The notes beneath the pieces were generated by a model. It saw nothing but the letters and a program-made list of their open reading frames with translations, had not been told where the DNA came from and made no database searches. A program made the translations under genes and the position numbers. A stretch of 63,969 nucleotides of DNA, filler included, from Collodictyon triciliatum (lineage: Eukaryota): assembly GCA_043381765.1 (NCBI GenBank). It is 12 parts of 12 records of this genome, joined end to end, with 100 filler letters (N's around TTAATTAATTAA, not from the genome) between each part and the next. Parts side by side here need not be neighbours in the genome. Positions count along the whole stretch, not along the records: positions 35,631 to 40,557 come from JBHJMP010005768.1; positions 40,658 to 49,366 come from JBHJMP010005769.1; 10 more parts are not named here. The stretch is one strand, 5' to 3'. Below are positions 37,936 through 49,466 of the stretch, in pieces. How positions within the stretch are numbered: the first letter of the stretch is position 1; every line of letters starts with the position of its first letter.

Positions 37936-39753
37936 CCCGACACGCTCAACCACAATTAAAGAAGGCTCCAAATCAATCGGTGATTGCAAATGCTTAGATT
38001 CGTATGTGTCATATGATGCTATTTGCACCTGTCCTCCAGGAAAATTTGAGGATGGCGTGGAGTGTGTTCCATGCAGACTTGGTTCATACAAACCAACAAA
38101 CGGCACAAATTTCTGCCTATCGTGTGGTGATAAATTTACGACAAAAAACAATGGCTCTATTTATTCGACCGATTGTGAATGCAAAACGGGATTTGAGTTA
38201 AGAAATTCTACTTGTGAATGCAAACCTGGCTGGTATGAAAAGCAAGGAAACTGCTACGAATGTCCTTTAGATACATACAGCGATGATTATGGACTAAAAT
38301 ATTGTAAAATGTGTCCTGAGGGATTTGAATGTGAAGGAACCAGTCAACCAACAGTTGCCCCTGGATATTGGCAGACTCAAACTAAAAATGGAGAATATGT
38401 CGCCTATAAATGCTTGAATGAAAACGCATGTAACGGAGGAAACAAAACTTGTGCTGATGGATACACTGGGCCATTATATAGTGTTTGTGACAATGGATAC
38501 GGAAAAACTGGATATTACTGCACTAAATGCCCACCGAAAGGAGTGAACATATTCTTGATTTTCCTGAGCTTTTTTATTCCACTAGCCTTCGTTTTCTTCA
38601 TGATAGAGCAATCAAGACAGACAAGAACAGGAAATATTCAAATCCTGAAATCTCCCTCCACGCATTTCCAAGTTTTGTCATATTTGGCGAACTTTGATGT
38701 AAAATGGAGCTCAATCATAATTTCAGCTATGAAAATCCCAGCCCTGTTTTCATTTTCTCTTTCAATAGACAGCTACCCGATGGAATGTCAACTAGAGCTA
38801 TCGATTTTCGAAAGAATATTGCTTACGATGTTAAGTCCAGTAATATTGATAGTAATCATGTTAATTTTATTTTAATGAAAGAGTTGAGGAGACTTTACAA
38901 AAATGAGATTTCAAGAAGTAATTTTACACTTACACATATTCGGGAAGAAATCATGTACTCGATGTTGGTCATGCTATTTTTTGTCCATCCTTCAATCACA
39001 TCGAGCATCGCACAGATATTTCCATGTGAAAAACTCGGGGATATAAGATATTTGAAGGCTGATATGTCGATTTTATGTGGTGAAGAAACATACAAATTTT
39101 GGAGAAATGTTTCTTTTGTTTTCCTTTTTGCCTATAGTATCGGCGGACCGCTCTTAATTTTGGTCAGAATAATTCGCAAAAGAACAGCGTTGAGCAATCC
39201 TACTTCGAAAACTTACGCACTTTTCAGATTTTTGATTGATGGATATACTGAAAAGTGTCAATACTGGGAGGTCGTCTTGATGATGCAAAAGTTGATCATT
39301 GTGATGATAAGCACGTTCTTTCCTGCTTCGCTTCAAATATACTCTGGTTTGTGGCTGCTGTTTCTGATGATTGCTTCGACCATTTATTTCAGGCCATTCA
39401 TATCCAATGTGCTGAAAAAGTCACAACTGCAATCCCTTATGATTCTCTATTTCACCTTGATGTTGAGCCTGCTTTTCAAATACAGCAGTATTAATCAAAA
39501 AACCGAAGTTGTGTTGGTGCTTTTGGTTGTTGTTCTGAATGGAGGAATATGTATCGTTTTCCTTTCAAAGGCTGGCCCTGTTATTATGAGATTGTTACTC
39601 TCACGATTTTTGTCCATGCTCAACTCTATTTGGAACTTTATTGTTTATAATTGGGTTTCAAATTTTATTGTCAGAAAAATAATGTGCATGAGACTTCGCA
39701 AAGATGTGGAGATGCATGATATTAGTCATCCGAAAGAAGTTCAAGAGTTTTGA
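35631..39753 (+). CDS. Intronless Cys-rich (GCC2/GCC3, ephrin-receptor-like repeat) surface protein with C-terminal multi-pass TM region; 5' incomplete; apparent 1-nt frameshift near 38865 (pseudogene or assembly error)
   Basis: Frame is open from the contig start to TAA at 38873-38875, with C.xCP.GT[FWY] repeats. The TM region continues in another frame to 39753 (LKADMSILC, FRFLIDGYTEKCQYWEVV, RPF). Confidence 0.82.
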
Positions 39754-40389
39754 AATTATCTTAGAGTACTTATGAGTATTCAAAATCTTCCCTTTTTTAT
39801 GGTCTGCTATTTCAATACCAAAATGTTCATCTTTTTTACCTGATGAGTCAGATTTTGAAATAATTGAGGATAAAAAATATTATAATATTATTAAATCAAT
39901 ATTTTACCTTTTAAGTCACAATAATTAATAGCCATAAATACTGAATTTTAAATAAATGACCTCTGAGATAGATGTTTTGAGTGCCACTCAATATGTCAAT
40001 GTATGATTCATATTTTTGTATGATTACTCTATTAAACTATGTATTCGTGAAAATTATAATATCTTGATACTTGTGAGCGATTAATATATCATAAATATTT
40101 CAAGAAACCATTAGGGCAAAGCTCATCTTTTTCGGTTCTCCAGATCGTGCATTAGTTATGTTTCAACTTAATTATATTTTTGCTTTATTCAATTCAAAAT
40201 GCAGCGAGGTTATGCCATACAAGGGGTGAGATAAGTGCACATGGTAGAGAGCAAACACGAGTAGGGGAAGATGTACTGTGTAGGGGCTAGCACCGGAAAG
40301 AAATCAGTGATAACGAGTTGGTCAGGTGGGCGGCATAACTGGTTTATTGGCTGCGTGGGTAGCAGTGGTTGGATATGTTGTGGGAGATA

Positions 40390-40557
40390 TCACACGACAC
40401 ATTCCCACATCTCTCTTCGCTTGCGGTCAGAGTGGCGAAGAATGCGCGCATGTTTCAGCAGGCTGTTCAGGAAGCTGTATTGCACGAGGCTTTCAAGCCT
40501 GGATACATTGATTTCTCGTTCGGGTGACTCATTAGAGCGAGAGAATGCACGCACACT
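40390..40557 (-). CDS. Probable 3' end of an unidentified gene
   Basis: Open frame from the contig edge: ...EREINVSRLESLVQYSFLNSLLKHARILRHSDRKRREMWECVV*; higher GC than the flank. Confidence 0.35.
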   Translation of the reverse strand, partial: SVRAFSRSNESPEREINVSRLESLVQYSFLNSLLKHARILRHSDRKRREMWECVV

Positions 40558-42085
40558 NNNNNNNNNNNNNNNNNNNNNNNNNNNNNNNNNNNNNNNNNNN
40601 NTTAATTAATTAANNNNNNNNNNNNNNNNNNNNNNNNNNNNNNNNNNNNNNNNNNNNAAAAAAAAAAAAAAAAGCCAAAGCGAAACAAAACGAAAAGAAA
40701 GGAAAGGAAAAAGAAGAAAAGAAAAGAAAAGAAAGGGAAAAGAAGGGAAAAGAAGAGAATAGAAAAGGAAAGAAAAGGAAAGAAAAGAAAAGGAAAGAAA
40801 AGGAAAGAAAAGAAAAGAAAAGAAAAGGAAAGGAAAAAAGAAAAGAGGAAACAAAAACGAGAGAGAGAAAGGAAAGAGAGAAATATTGGGAATCGAAAGA
40901 AAACTTCATGCCTACAGAACGAAAAGATTAATTAAAAATAATTAAAAAAAAAAACGGTGATATGTGTTTCGAAATTTGAATCACTTGCAAAAATGCCAGA
41001 AATAAAGAGACACTGCCAGTGTTTCTTCCGTTACATCGCAACGAGTTTGAAAGTATGGGACTAAACACAGCGCTCTTAATCCGTTTGTGTTTGTTTAGGT
41101 CAAGCTCAGTTTTCTTCTCGTTTTTTTTCTTTCTAATCTTTTTAATCGGCTCAGGCTATTTAGAATCATTCAACTCGCCAGCTGGAGGGCGATGTAACCC
41201 TACATCTCCTCAAAATATAAAGTTTAAATCAATATATCTGCAAATTGCATCGAGGGGAGGTATCTAAAAGTAAAAGAAATACAGCGAAAGAGTGTGATTT
41301 TTATCATTCGTTTAAGTTTATACAGTTGTGTATAGATTGGCTTCAAAATATATGGTGATGTGCCGACGTTTTACTCTCGAATCAACCATGAGAGTGCCAG
41401 AGCGAGTTGCATTTTTATTCTTGTTCTATCTTTGTTGCTTGTTTTTTTTTTTTTTTACCAATCCATTCGGAATAATACGATGGTGTTTGGCTGGCTCTTA
41501 GTTCTCCAATATGAAATGGATTTTGAAGCCAACAGGTGAAATTGGAGAGTTTGTAATTTTATTTCAATAAAGGCATGCGTTGAGTAGAAAGATGAGAAAA
41601 GGAAAAGCTGAGAAAGAGACAACGTAAGTCAGTTCCTTGGACACGAAGGTGGGAAGTGACGTGAAATCCTTCGTTGCATGTATTTCACTGCAGCTGCAGT
41701 CTCTAGGCGTTTCATCCGTATGTGTTGAAGGGTCTAATCCTAACATCTTTCAATGTTATGTGCTAATCTTTATCCTTTGTGGGCGGAACTATTTTATATC
41801 ACTTGTTAGTTCTATCTTTGCCGATTATTTGGCTGGGCTGTCATCTTCTCAACTACTTTTTTTTCGGAATCCCACAGAGCACTTAATTTTGTAGAGATAA
41901 TACATCGAAGGAATATCCCTCAGCGGCAGAAAGTCGCTCGAAACTATCATTTGTGTCTGATTAATTATCCGTAGATTAAAATCAATATTCCGTGTATTTT
42001 TGCTTTCAAGAACCACAGAAATATGCTACTTCTCTTTTTCAACATCATCTGTCGTTTATTCGGGGTATATCCAATGATATTATAT

Positions 42086-42188
42086 GTGTTGTGTTGTGTT
42101 GTGTTGTGTTGTGTTGTGTTGTGTTGTGTTGTGTTGTGTTGTGTTGTGTTGTGTTGTGTTGTGTTGTGTTGTGTTGTGTTGTGTTGTT
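42086..42188. repeat. (GTGTT)n microsatellite
   Basis: Visible directly. Confidence 0.95.
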
Positions 42189-42256
42189 TTATGGCCCATG
42201 AAACTTTTACTGACGATTACAGGGTGAATATTGCTGGTAGAAAATGATGCCAGCCG

Positions 42257-45255
42257 TCAGAAGGGAACCATCTTAACAAGAATCCCGTATACTAGAATAC
42301 CTGGAGACTCTTCTGTGTAGTACTCAAGACTCGAGTTTGGGATATTTGGGTCTATTATAGAGTCACCTACACGATAGCAAAATAACGTATGTGATACAAC
42401 AATCTTCGAGAGAAGCCTTACGAAATTCGTACATGCGCTTTGGATATTGTGGTTTGTAGAAATAAAGGGAAAATGGAGACAGAGATGTAAAGAAAAAAGC
42501 ATAGAAACAAAAATGGAAATGGCAAGAAAAAAAAAGAGAAAGAAAAACAAATTTTAAAAACCATTCCCAAAGGTTTCTTGTCCTATTTTATAAGACCCAG
42601 GCCTCTGTCTTGTTTGGAAAACAAACTGAACTTTCAGCCTGATGGAAGGGTCTGTGGCACACTGCCATACGGTGGGCACAGCATATCTATCATCCGAGGA
42701 GTAAATAATGGAGGGACTGGTGAATATGTTGTTGGGATTAAATTCCTCCATCTCTCCGGTGTGTTTGTTCATCCGATTCCAGCTGTTTGCGATATGTCCT
42801 TCTTGAATCTCACATCGACCTCCTCCCAAGGGAACATCACCAGGTTTTAACAACCTTTTCCCTCCGGCAATAATCTTTTTGACACCTTGCGCATTTGTCC
42901 CGTGGAATGAATTGTGCCAGGTCTCAAAGACTTTGTTATGTTTTACAAACCCATGGTCTACAGACAACCCAAGTCTCGACCACCCGGCAGGCAAAATGTA
43001 TATTGCCGGAGGAGAACCTCTGGTGTCGACAATATTTGGATTTCCGGTAGTCTCAAAGCAGCTTATGCAAAAGCATCTGTCAAAATACGGGTCGAAATGT
43101 TCCTGCGGAAATGACCCCAACAACTCAGATAATATGTTTTTGGCTGTTAAGAACTCAGGACAACCTAAAATATGAACACTAGTCTTTACCATTGCAGTTG
43201 TTAACTCAAAAAAGAAAATGAGCGCAACCCAAAAAAAAAATATTATTATGAACTGCATTTCCTGATATTTCTTGAGTTTTGATGATACGAGGCGTTGGAA
43301 AGGAGGGGGATAAGTAAGAATAAGAATAGAGATTTCCAAAATCCAAATAAATTTAGTGGGAATATGATCGGATTCGTAAAGCATACCTATGTCGCGTGGT
43401 GCTTTGGTACGTCTAACATCTTCGGGGCTCAAAGCAGTTTTTAAGAATGTATCAGAGATATCAGTTATTGGATCAGGGATATCCTCCAATCGGAGATTCC
43501 GAAGCGACTCAGCAATTGTTTTGGTCGACTTTTCAGATGGCTTTGACTTACAAGACCAACAAGGTAACTGAGAAATTCCTACAGGAGCACTCTTGATATA
43601 GACCTTTCCGCTGTGCTCTATAACGAGAGTCTCTAGTTTGTTCAATCGTGTGACCAGTTGAGGCAGCCGAGAAATCTGTAGACGGTTGTATGTGAGTTTA
43701 GTAGCAATCTTGACACAGTCAAAGTTGTCACCCTTCACTTCTGAGATGTTATCATAACAGTGCCATCGAGAAAATAGAGGATTTCATTGTATGTCCATAT
43801 CATCACGATGCTTATTGGCCGTATATAGTCCAGCCCTGAAGACATCACATATAAATGCTCGGTTCAAGAATGGCTTGTTTTGAAGAAATAATAATGTAGA
43901 GATGTTTCATATTACATATACATACATACATACATACATACATACATACATACATACATACATACATACATACATACATACATACATACATACATACATA
44001 CATACATACATACATACATACATNNNNNNNNNNNNNNNNNNNNNNNNNNNNNNNNNNNNNNNNNNNNNNNNNNNNNNNNNNNNNNNNNNNNNNNNNNNNN
44101 NNNNNNNNNNNNNNNNNNNNNNNNNNNNNNNNNNNNNNNNNNNNNNNNNNNNNNNNNNNNNNNNNNNNNNNNNNNNNNNNNNNNNNNNNNNNNNNNNNNN
44201 NNNNNNNNNNNNNNNNNNNNNNNNNNNNNNNNNNNNNNNNNNNNNNNNNNNNNNNNNNNNNNNNNNNNNNNNNNNNNNNNNNNNNNNNNNNNNNNNNNNN
44301 NNNNNNNNNNNNNNNNNNNNNNNNNNNNNNNNNNNNNNNNNNNNNNNNNNNNNNNNNNNNNNNNNNNNNNNNNNNNNNNNNNNNNNNNNNNNNNNNNNNN
44401 NNNNNNNNNNNNNNNNNNNNNNNNNNNNNNNNNNNNNNNNNNNNNNNNNNNNNNNNNNNNNNNNNNNNNNNNNNNNNNNNNNNNNNNNNNNNNNNNNNNN
44501 NNNNNNNNNNNNNNNNNNNNNNNNNNNNNNNNNNNNNNNNNNNNNNNNNNNNNNNNNNNNNNNNNNNNNNNNNNNNNNNNNNNNNNNNNNNNACATACAT
44601 ACATACATACATACATACATACATACATACATACATACATACATACATACATACATACATACATACATACATACATACATACATACATACATACATACAT
44701 ACATACATTCATAGATTCATAGATTCATGAAACTGTTGGCACACTCACCGGGTTTGAAGAGACGTCTAGATGACACAGGTCGGCGAGCGAGGACAACTCT
44801 GCAGGCAGAGCACTCAAGCGATTGCACGAGAGGTCCAGGTGGCGGAGCCTCTTGAGGCAGCCGATGTCAGGCGAGAGATACTCGATCGTGTTCTCTGCCA
44901 GAAACAGATGCACCAGCGCCGTGAGGGCGTAGAGTTCAAACGGGAGCCACAAGATCTTGTTTCCGCTCAAGTTGAGGAGGTGAAGAGCCGAGAGCCTCGA
45001 GAGGACCTTGGGCAAGCTGGTGAGGCAGTTTTTGCTTGCGTCCAGAGCACCCAGACTCGTCAGCACAGAGAGCCCGGCGGGGAGGCTCATGATCAGGTTA
45101 TCGGAAAGCAGCAGTACCTTCAGATCGCCCAGCCGCGTGACCTCCTCAGGCACTTGGAAAAGCGACGCCCCCACCTGCACATACCTGGCGCTGCTCTCCT
45201 TGTCTCTCCCCCGCCTAGTGCGCCCGCCCGTCGGCCCTCTGCTTGACTCAGCCAT
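42257..45255 (-). CDS. LRR protein fused to a NEURL4-type ADP-ribosyltransferase domain. Exons 45255-44749, 43675-43387, 43164-42562, 42366-42257 (about 502 aa if no exon is hidden in the gap)
   Basis: Exon 1 encodes about five 23-aa LRRs ending DVSSNP|GTGAGT. Exon 2 encodes the last LRR and cap. Exons 3-4 read CFCISC...RGSPPAIYILPAGWSRLGL...WHNSFHGT...IFTSPSIIYS...QFVFQTRQRPGSY...IDPNIPNSSLEYYTEESPGILVYGILVKM, colinear with the NEURL4 C-terminal ART domain. Exon lengths sum to 1509 nt, in frame. Confidence 0.82.
43915..44708. repeat. (CATA)n microsatellite spanning a scaffold gap (N 44024-44592) inside intron 1 of the LRR-ART gene
   Basis: Same repeat on both sides of the gap. Confidence 0.9.
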
Positions 45256-45932
45256 CGCGTCTCGCCACCGGGAGTCCTAATCGCGGCGCAACACGGATCG
45301 GATAGGGATGTGCGCACGGTTTGACAGTTTTGAAAGTCATACATCAGAGCCTGGTTTGCTTGCCCTTTTCTGGTGTGGGCGGCGTTGTGTATGCGCTCCG
45401 CACCCATGAGTGCTTCATCGCCAGCATGATTGACATTATAGCCAAGTTAGCACCTTGCGCCGTGTCCCAGCAGGTTTTCGTCCGTGGCTGGAATCGCTCA
45501 CTGCCGCTATTTGGGAGCGACGACTCGACTTTCGTTCACCTCTCCTCGCCTTCTTTATTGAATGTTTCTTTTGAATCTGGATTGTGAATAGTGGTGGTGG
45601 GGGATAGGTTTAATGCGGCAGGACAGGACAGCCATTGCGGGCCGAGACAGCGGGCATGCGCGTTGGAAGGGCTTTGCGTTCTGGTGGTGTTTATGGGTCC
45701 GATGTGGGGAGAGGCTGCGTCTCCGTCCAGACGAAAGAGTGTGCAGGGACGGCGGCAAGAGTCAAGACGCAGTGCGCACATGCGGGCGGACAAACGGGAT
45801 CTTCGCTTGGCCGCAGGCGGGTGACGTGCACGTGCGGCCAGCGGTGTTTGTTGGGCTTTGTGGATCGGGCATACAAATACAGTCTAGGGCTGGGCTGAAC
45901 TGGGCTGGGCTGAACAGTCTGTGTGGCTGGAG

Positions 45933-46454
45933 TTACTTTGGAACGGCGCCGCAGTGGTGGGCGCTGGCAGCCTGGTGTTTGCCGCAGTAGTGTGCGCCGC
46001 AGCCGCAGGCCGTGGAGTGGAGCGCGAGTCGGGCGTTGCACACTCCGCAGCGCGGCCGGTTGAGCGACTTGCTGGCCCGGGGCTCTTGGATCGTGTCGTG
46101 GGGGAAGTCCTCTGCGAGGGCGGCCGGGGCGTGGGTGGCGGGCCGATCGACAAGCGCGTCGAGGAAGGCGGCAGCCTGGTTGGCAAAGGCAAAGGCCTCC
46201 GGGGTGGTCTGCTGCTGCTGGGCGAGCTTGTCCCACTGGGCATCAATCTGCTTCTGGCTCAGGGGCAGCTGCAGTGTCTGCAGTCTAGGCTTGTGGAGTT
46301 TGCTGATGCGGGTGTAGCAGGTGTTGCAGAAGTGCCCAAACTCCTTGTTGAATTCGGGGTGGTTCGGGCAGTCGGACGTGCAGTCGATGAGTGGGAGGAG
46401 GTAGCGGCTTCCGGTGATCTGGTCCAGGGGGGCGTTCTCGATGAGGGTGTCCAT
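45933..46454 (-). CDS. A20-like + AN1-type zinc finger protein (stress-associated protein/ZFAND type), intronless
   Basis: N-terminal CTSDC...FCNTCY and C-terminal AN1 RCGVCNARLALHSTACGCGAHYCGKHQAASAHHC. Confidence 0.82.
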   Translation of the reverse strand: MDTLIENAPLDQITGSRYLLPLIDCTSDCPNHPEFNKEFGHFCNTCYTRISKLHKPRLQTLQLPLSQKQIDAQWDKLAQQQQTTPEAFAFANQAAAFLDALVDRPATHAPAALAEDFPHDTIQEPRASKSLNRPRCGVCNARLALHSTACGCGAHYCGKHQAASAHHCGAVPK

Positions 46455-47008
46455 TTCGTTGCCGGTTTTTGCTGGGTTCTTTGGTCTTGTGTGGTGTTTC
46501 GGTGGTGTTGCTTGGGGCTGGTGCAGTAAGAGAATGGTGGCGTTGAGAAGACTGGTGCGCGCTTTTCTGTTCTGTATTTTATTTTTCTTGATATATTCTT
46601 CCGTTGCTTACCTTTGGTGTTGCTGGTGTCGTTGGCTGTGTGCTTCGGTCTTCTTGTTAATGATTTTGTGAATAGTGGAGGAAAAAGCCAGAGGTTAAGA
46701 GAATTCGAAATTGTGTACTTATAGGGTTGTGCTCTCTGGGGTGATTCAAATTCATCTCCGACCACATTCACCGGAACGCTCCAACCGAATTTTCTGGACA
46801 GATGCCGTTGTTAATAGACAATTTCTACGAAGTTCTATTTTTGACAATCAAAATTAGGATGACCACACTATAATATATTATTATATTATCATGTCGTAAG
46901 ATTTAATATAAGATTTGCCATTAGAACTTTATTGACAGACTATATAGTTATTGTACAGTAAATTCCATATTTGAAACATATTTTTCTGGAAATACTTCCT
47001 ATTTGGTA

Positions 47009-48722
47009 TCATGAAAACTGCTGCGTATTTGGTGCGAGTTCGCCAGAGCGCAAATAGCAAACAAGTAGCTTTGCTTCTGCCATTACTGTCTTGTAGTCCG
47101 CCCTGTCACGNNNNNNNNNNNNNNNNNNNNNNNNNNNNNNNNNNNNNNNNNNNNNNNNNNNNNNNNNNNNNNNNNNNNNNNNNNNNNNNNNNNNNNNNNN
47201 NNNNNNNNNNNNNNNNNNNNNNNNNNNNNNNNNNNNNNNNNNNNNNNNNNNNNNNNNNNNNNNNNNNNNNNNNNNNNNNNNNNNNNNNNNNNNNNNNNNN
47301 NNNNNNNNNNNNNNNNNNNNNNNNNNNNNNNNNNNNNNNNNNNNNNNNNNNNNNNNNNNNNNNNNNNNNNNNNNNNNNNNNNNNNNNNNNNNNNNNNNNN
47401 NNNNNNNNNNNNNNNNNNNNNNNNNNNNNNNNNNNNNNNNNNNNNNNNNNNNNNNNNNNNNNNNNNNNNNNNNNNNNNNNNNNNNNNNNNNNNNNNNNNN
47501 NNNNNNNNNNNNNNNNNNNNNNNNNNNNNNNNNNNNNNNNNNNNNNNNNNNNNNNNNNNNNNNNNNNNNNNNNNNNNNNNNNNNNNNNNNNNNNNNNNNN
47601 NNNNNNNNNNNNNNNNNNNNNNNNNNNNNNNNNNNNNNNNNNNNNNNNNNNNNNNNNNNNNNNNNNNNNNNNNNNNNNNNNNNNNNNNNNNNNNNNNNNN
47701 NNNNNNNNNNNNNNNNNNNNNNNNNNNNNNNNNNNNNNNNNNNNNNNNNNNNNNNNNNNNNNNNNNNNNNNNNNNNNNNNNNNNNNNNNNNNNNNNNNNN
47801 NNNNNNNNNNNNNNNNNNNNNNNNNNNNNNNNNNNNNNNNNNNATATATATATATATATATATGGGTGATTTATAAAACACGGGATTGCAAATATATCAT
47901 AACTATTATTTTTCAAAAAGCCTGTGATAAGCGGATGTTGGTTATAGTTGCAATTAAGACATAAAAAATAAGGAGATTTGCCTTGAACGTCTGAGCGATC
48001 AAATCACAAGTTTTTAGTCTCTTTGAAGATTCGTCATCAGTTTCTAATGTGAAATGTTCTTCGCCATGACAGGGATAAGTCTCTTCGACACTAACCTCTG
48101 CATAAGTTAGGGGCCTCTTATGGGGGAGATTTGGCTGGGTTTGGGGTTTTACAAATACCACAGGAAGAGACTGAGACATGCATATACTTCTAATGACAGA
48201 TAAAATTGATTTCTATGAGTGAGTGTGATACTTCTGAACCATCTTAAATATTGACCTGATTACAGATAAAAGTAGCATTATGGATTTCAAACATTCTCCA
48301 CTTTTTTTCTTTAGAAAAAGAAACAAAGAAATATCATCAGACATAAGCCATACACGTCGCGCATGGGGTATGTACAATATTTGTCGCCTCTGGCTTGGTT
48401 TCTTTGCTCACAAATCAGCCTCAGATATTCTTTTGAAGGAACAAAGGTGAGCTTCGTTTGAGATTTAGGCTTCCCTGCCTGACTCGCATTGAGCTGTAGA
48501 TGTCAATGTAATTCAGTGTCACAAAACACATGCAGCTTATCGAAAAACAATCCATGCACGTAATTTTGAAAGAGCTATAACAGAAATATATGATACACAT
48601 TAATACGTTCTGGTGTAGCAGGTTTGTTGAGAAGCCCAAAACGGATGTTACTGCGCTCATGTATTCTGGGCCATCAAGTGAGTACACATGGCCATCTTCA
48701 TGAAACTGTGCGATGTTTTCCT
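47009..48722 (-). CDS. Unidentified multi-exon gene, partial, interrupted by gap 47111-47843
   Basis: GT-AG-bounded open stretches (ENIAQFHEDGHVYSLDGPEYMSAVTSVLGF; MSQSLPVVFVKPQ...DLIAQTFK; DRADYKTVMAEAKLLVCYLRSGEL...*). No family recognised. Confidence 0.4.
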
Positions 48723-49094
48723 AAGGTTTGGGCAAATTGAAACTAAAATTAATTTTTTTAAATGTATTTTCAAACATAAGCACTCAAAAAAAAAAAAAAC
48801 GGATAGTTAAAGATATATAGGAGAGGAAGCATTCATCATAAAAAATAAAAAAAAATACTTTCTGCTGATAAAGGATAGAATAGAACTTGTAAAAATATTC
48901 CTCAGTCGGCCGCAGAGTCTGACGAAGGGTTTGATGCTATGACGCGCTCGGCGCGTGGCCGGGTATAAAATTATTTTACAAAGGAAAGCAGAGCGGATTT
49001 TTTCCCCATACTCTTCAAAAGGAGAGAGAAAAATAAGTTCTATGTCGAGTCTGTTTATTATTATCATTTCGAGGTGATAGCAAAAAAAGATTAA

Positions 49095-49366
49095 ATGAAT
49101 AAAAACAAGAAATAAAAAACATAAAATAAAAAACATAAAATAAAAAACATAAAATAAAAAACATAAAATAAAAAACATAAAATAAAAAACATAAAATAAA
49201 AAACATAAAATAAAAAACACAAAATAAAAACCGAGAAATAAAAAACAAGAAATAAAAAAAAAGAAATAAAAAACGAGAAATAAAAAACGAGAAATAAAAA
49301 ACGAGAAATAAAAAACGAGAAATAAAAAACGAGAAATAAAAAACGAGAAATAAAAAACGAGAAATA
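49095..49366. repeat. 14-bp A-rich minisatellite (AAAATAAAAAACAT / GAAATAAAAAACGA)n
   Basis: Visible directly at contig end. Confidence 0.9.
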
Positions 49367-49466
49367 NNNNNNNNNNNNNNNNNNNNNNNNNNNNNNNNNN
49401 NNNNNNNNNNTTAATTAATTAANNNNNNNNNNNNNNNNNNNNNNNNNNNNNNNNNNNNNNNNNNNN

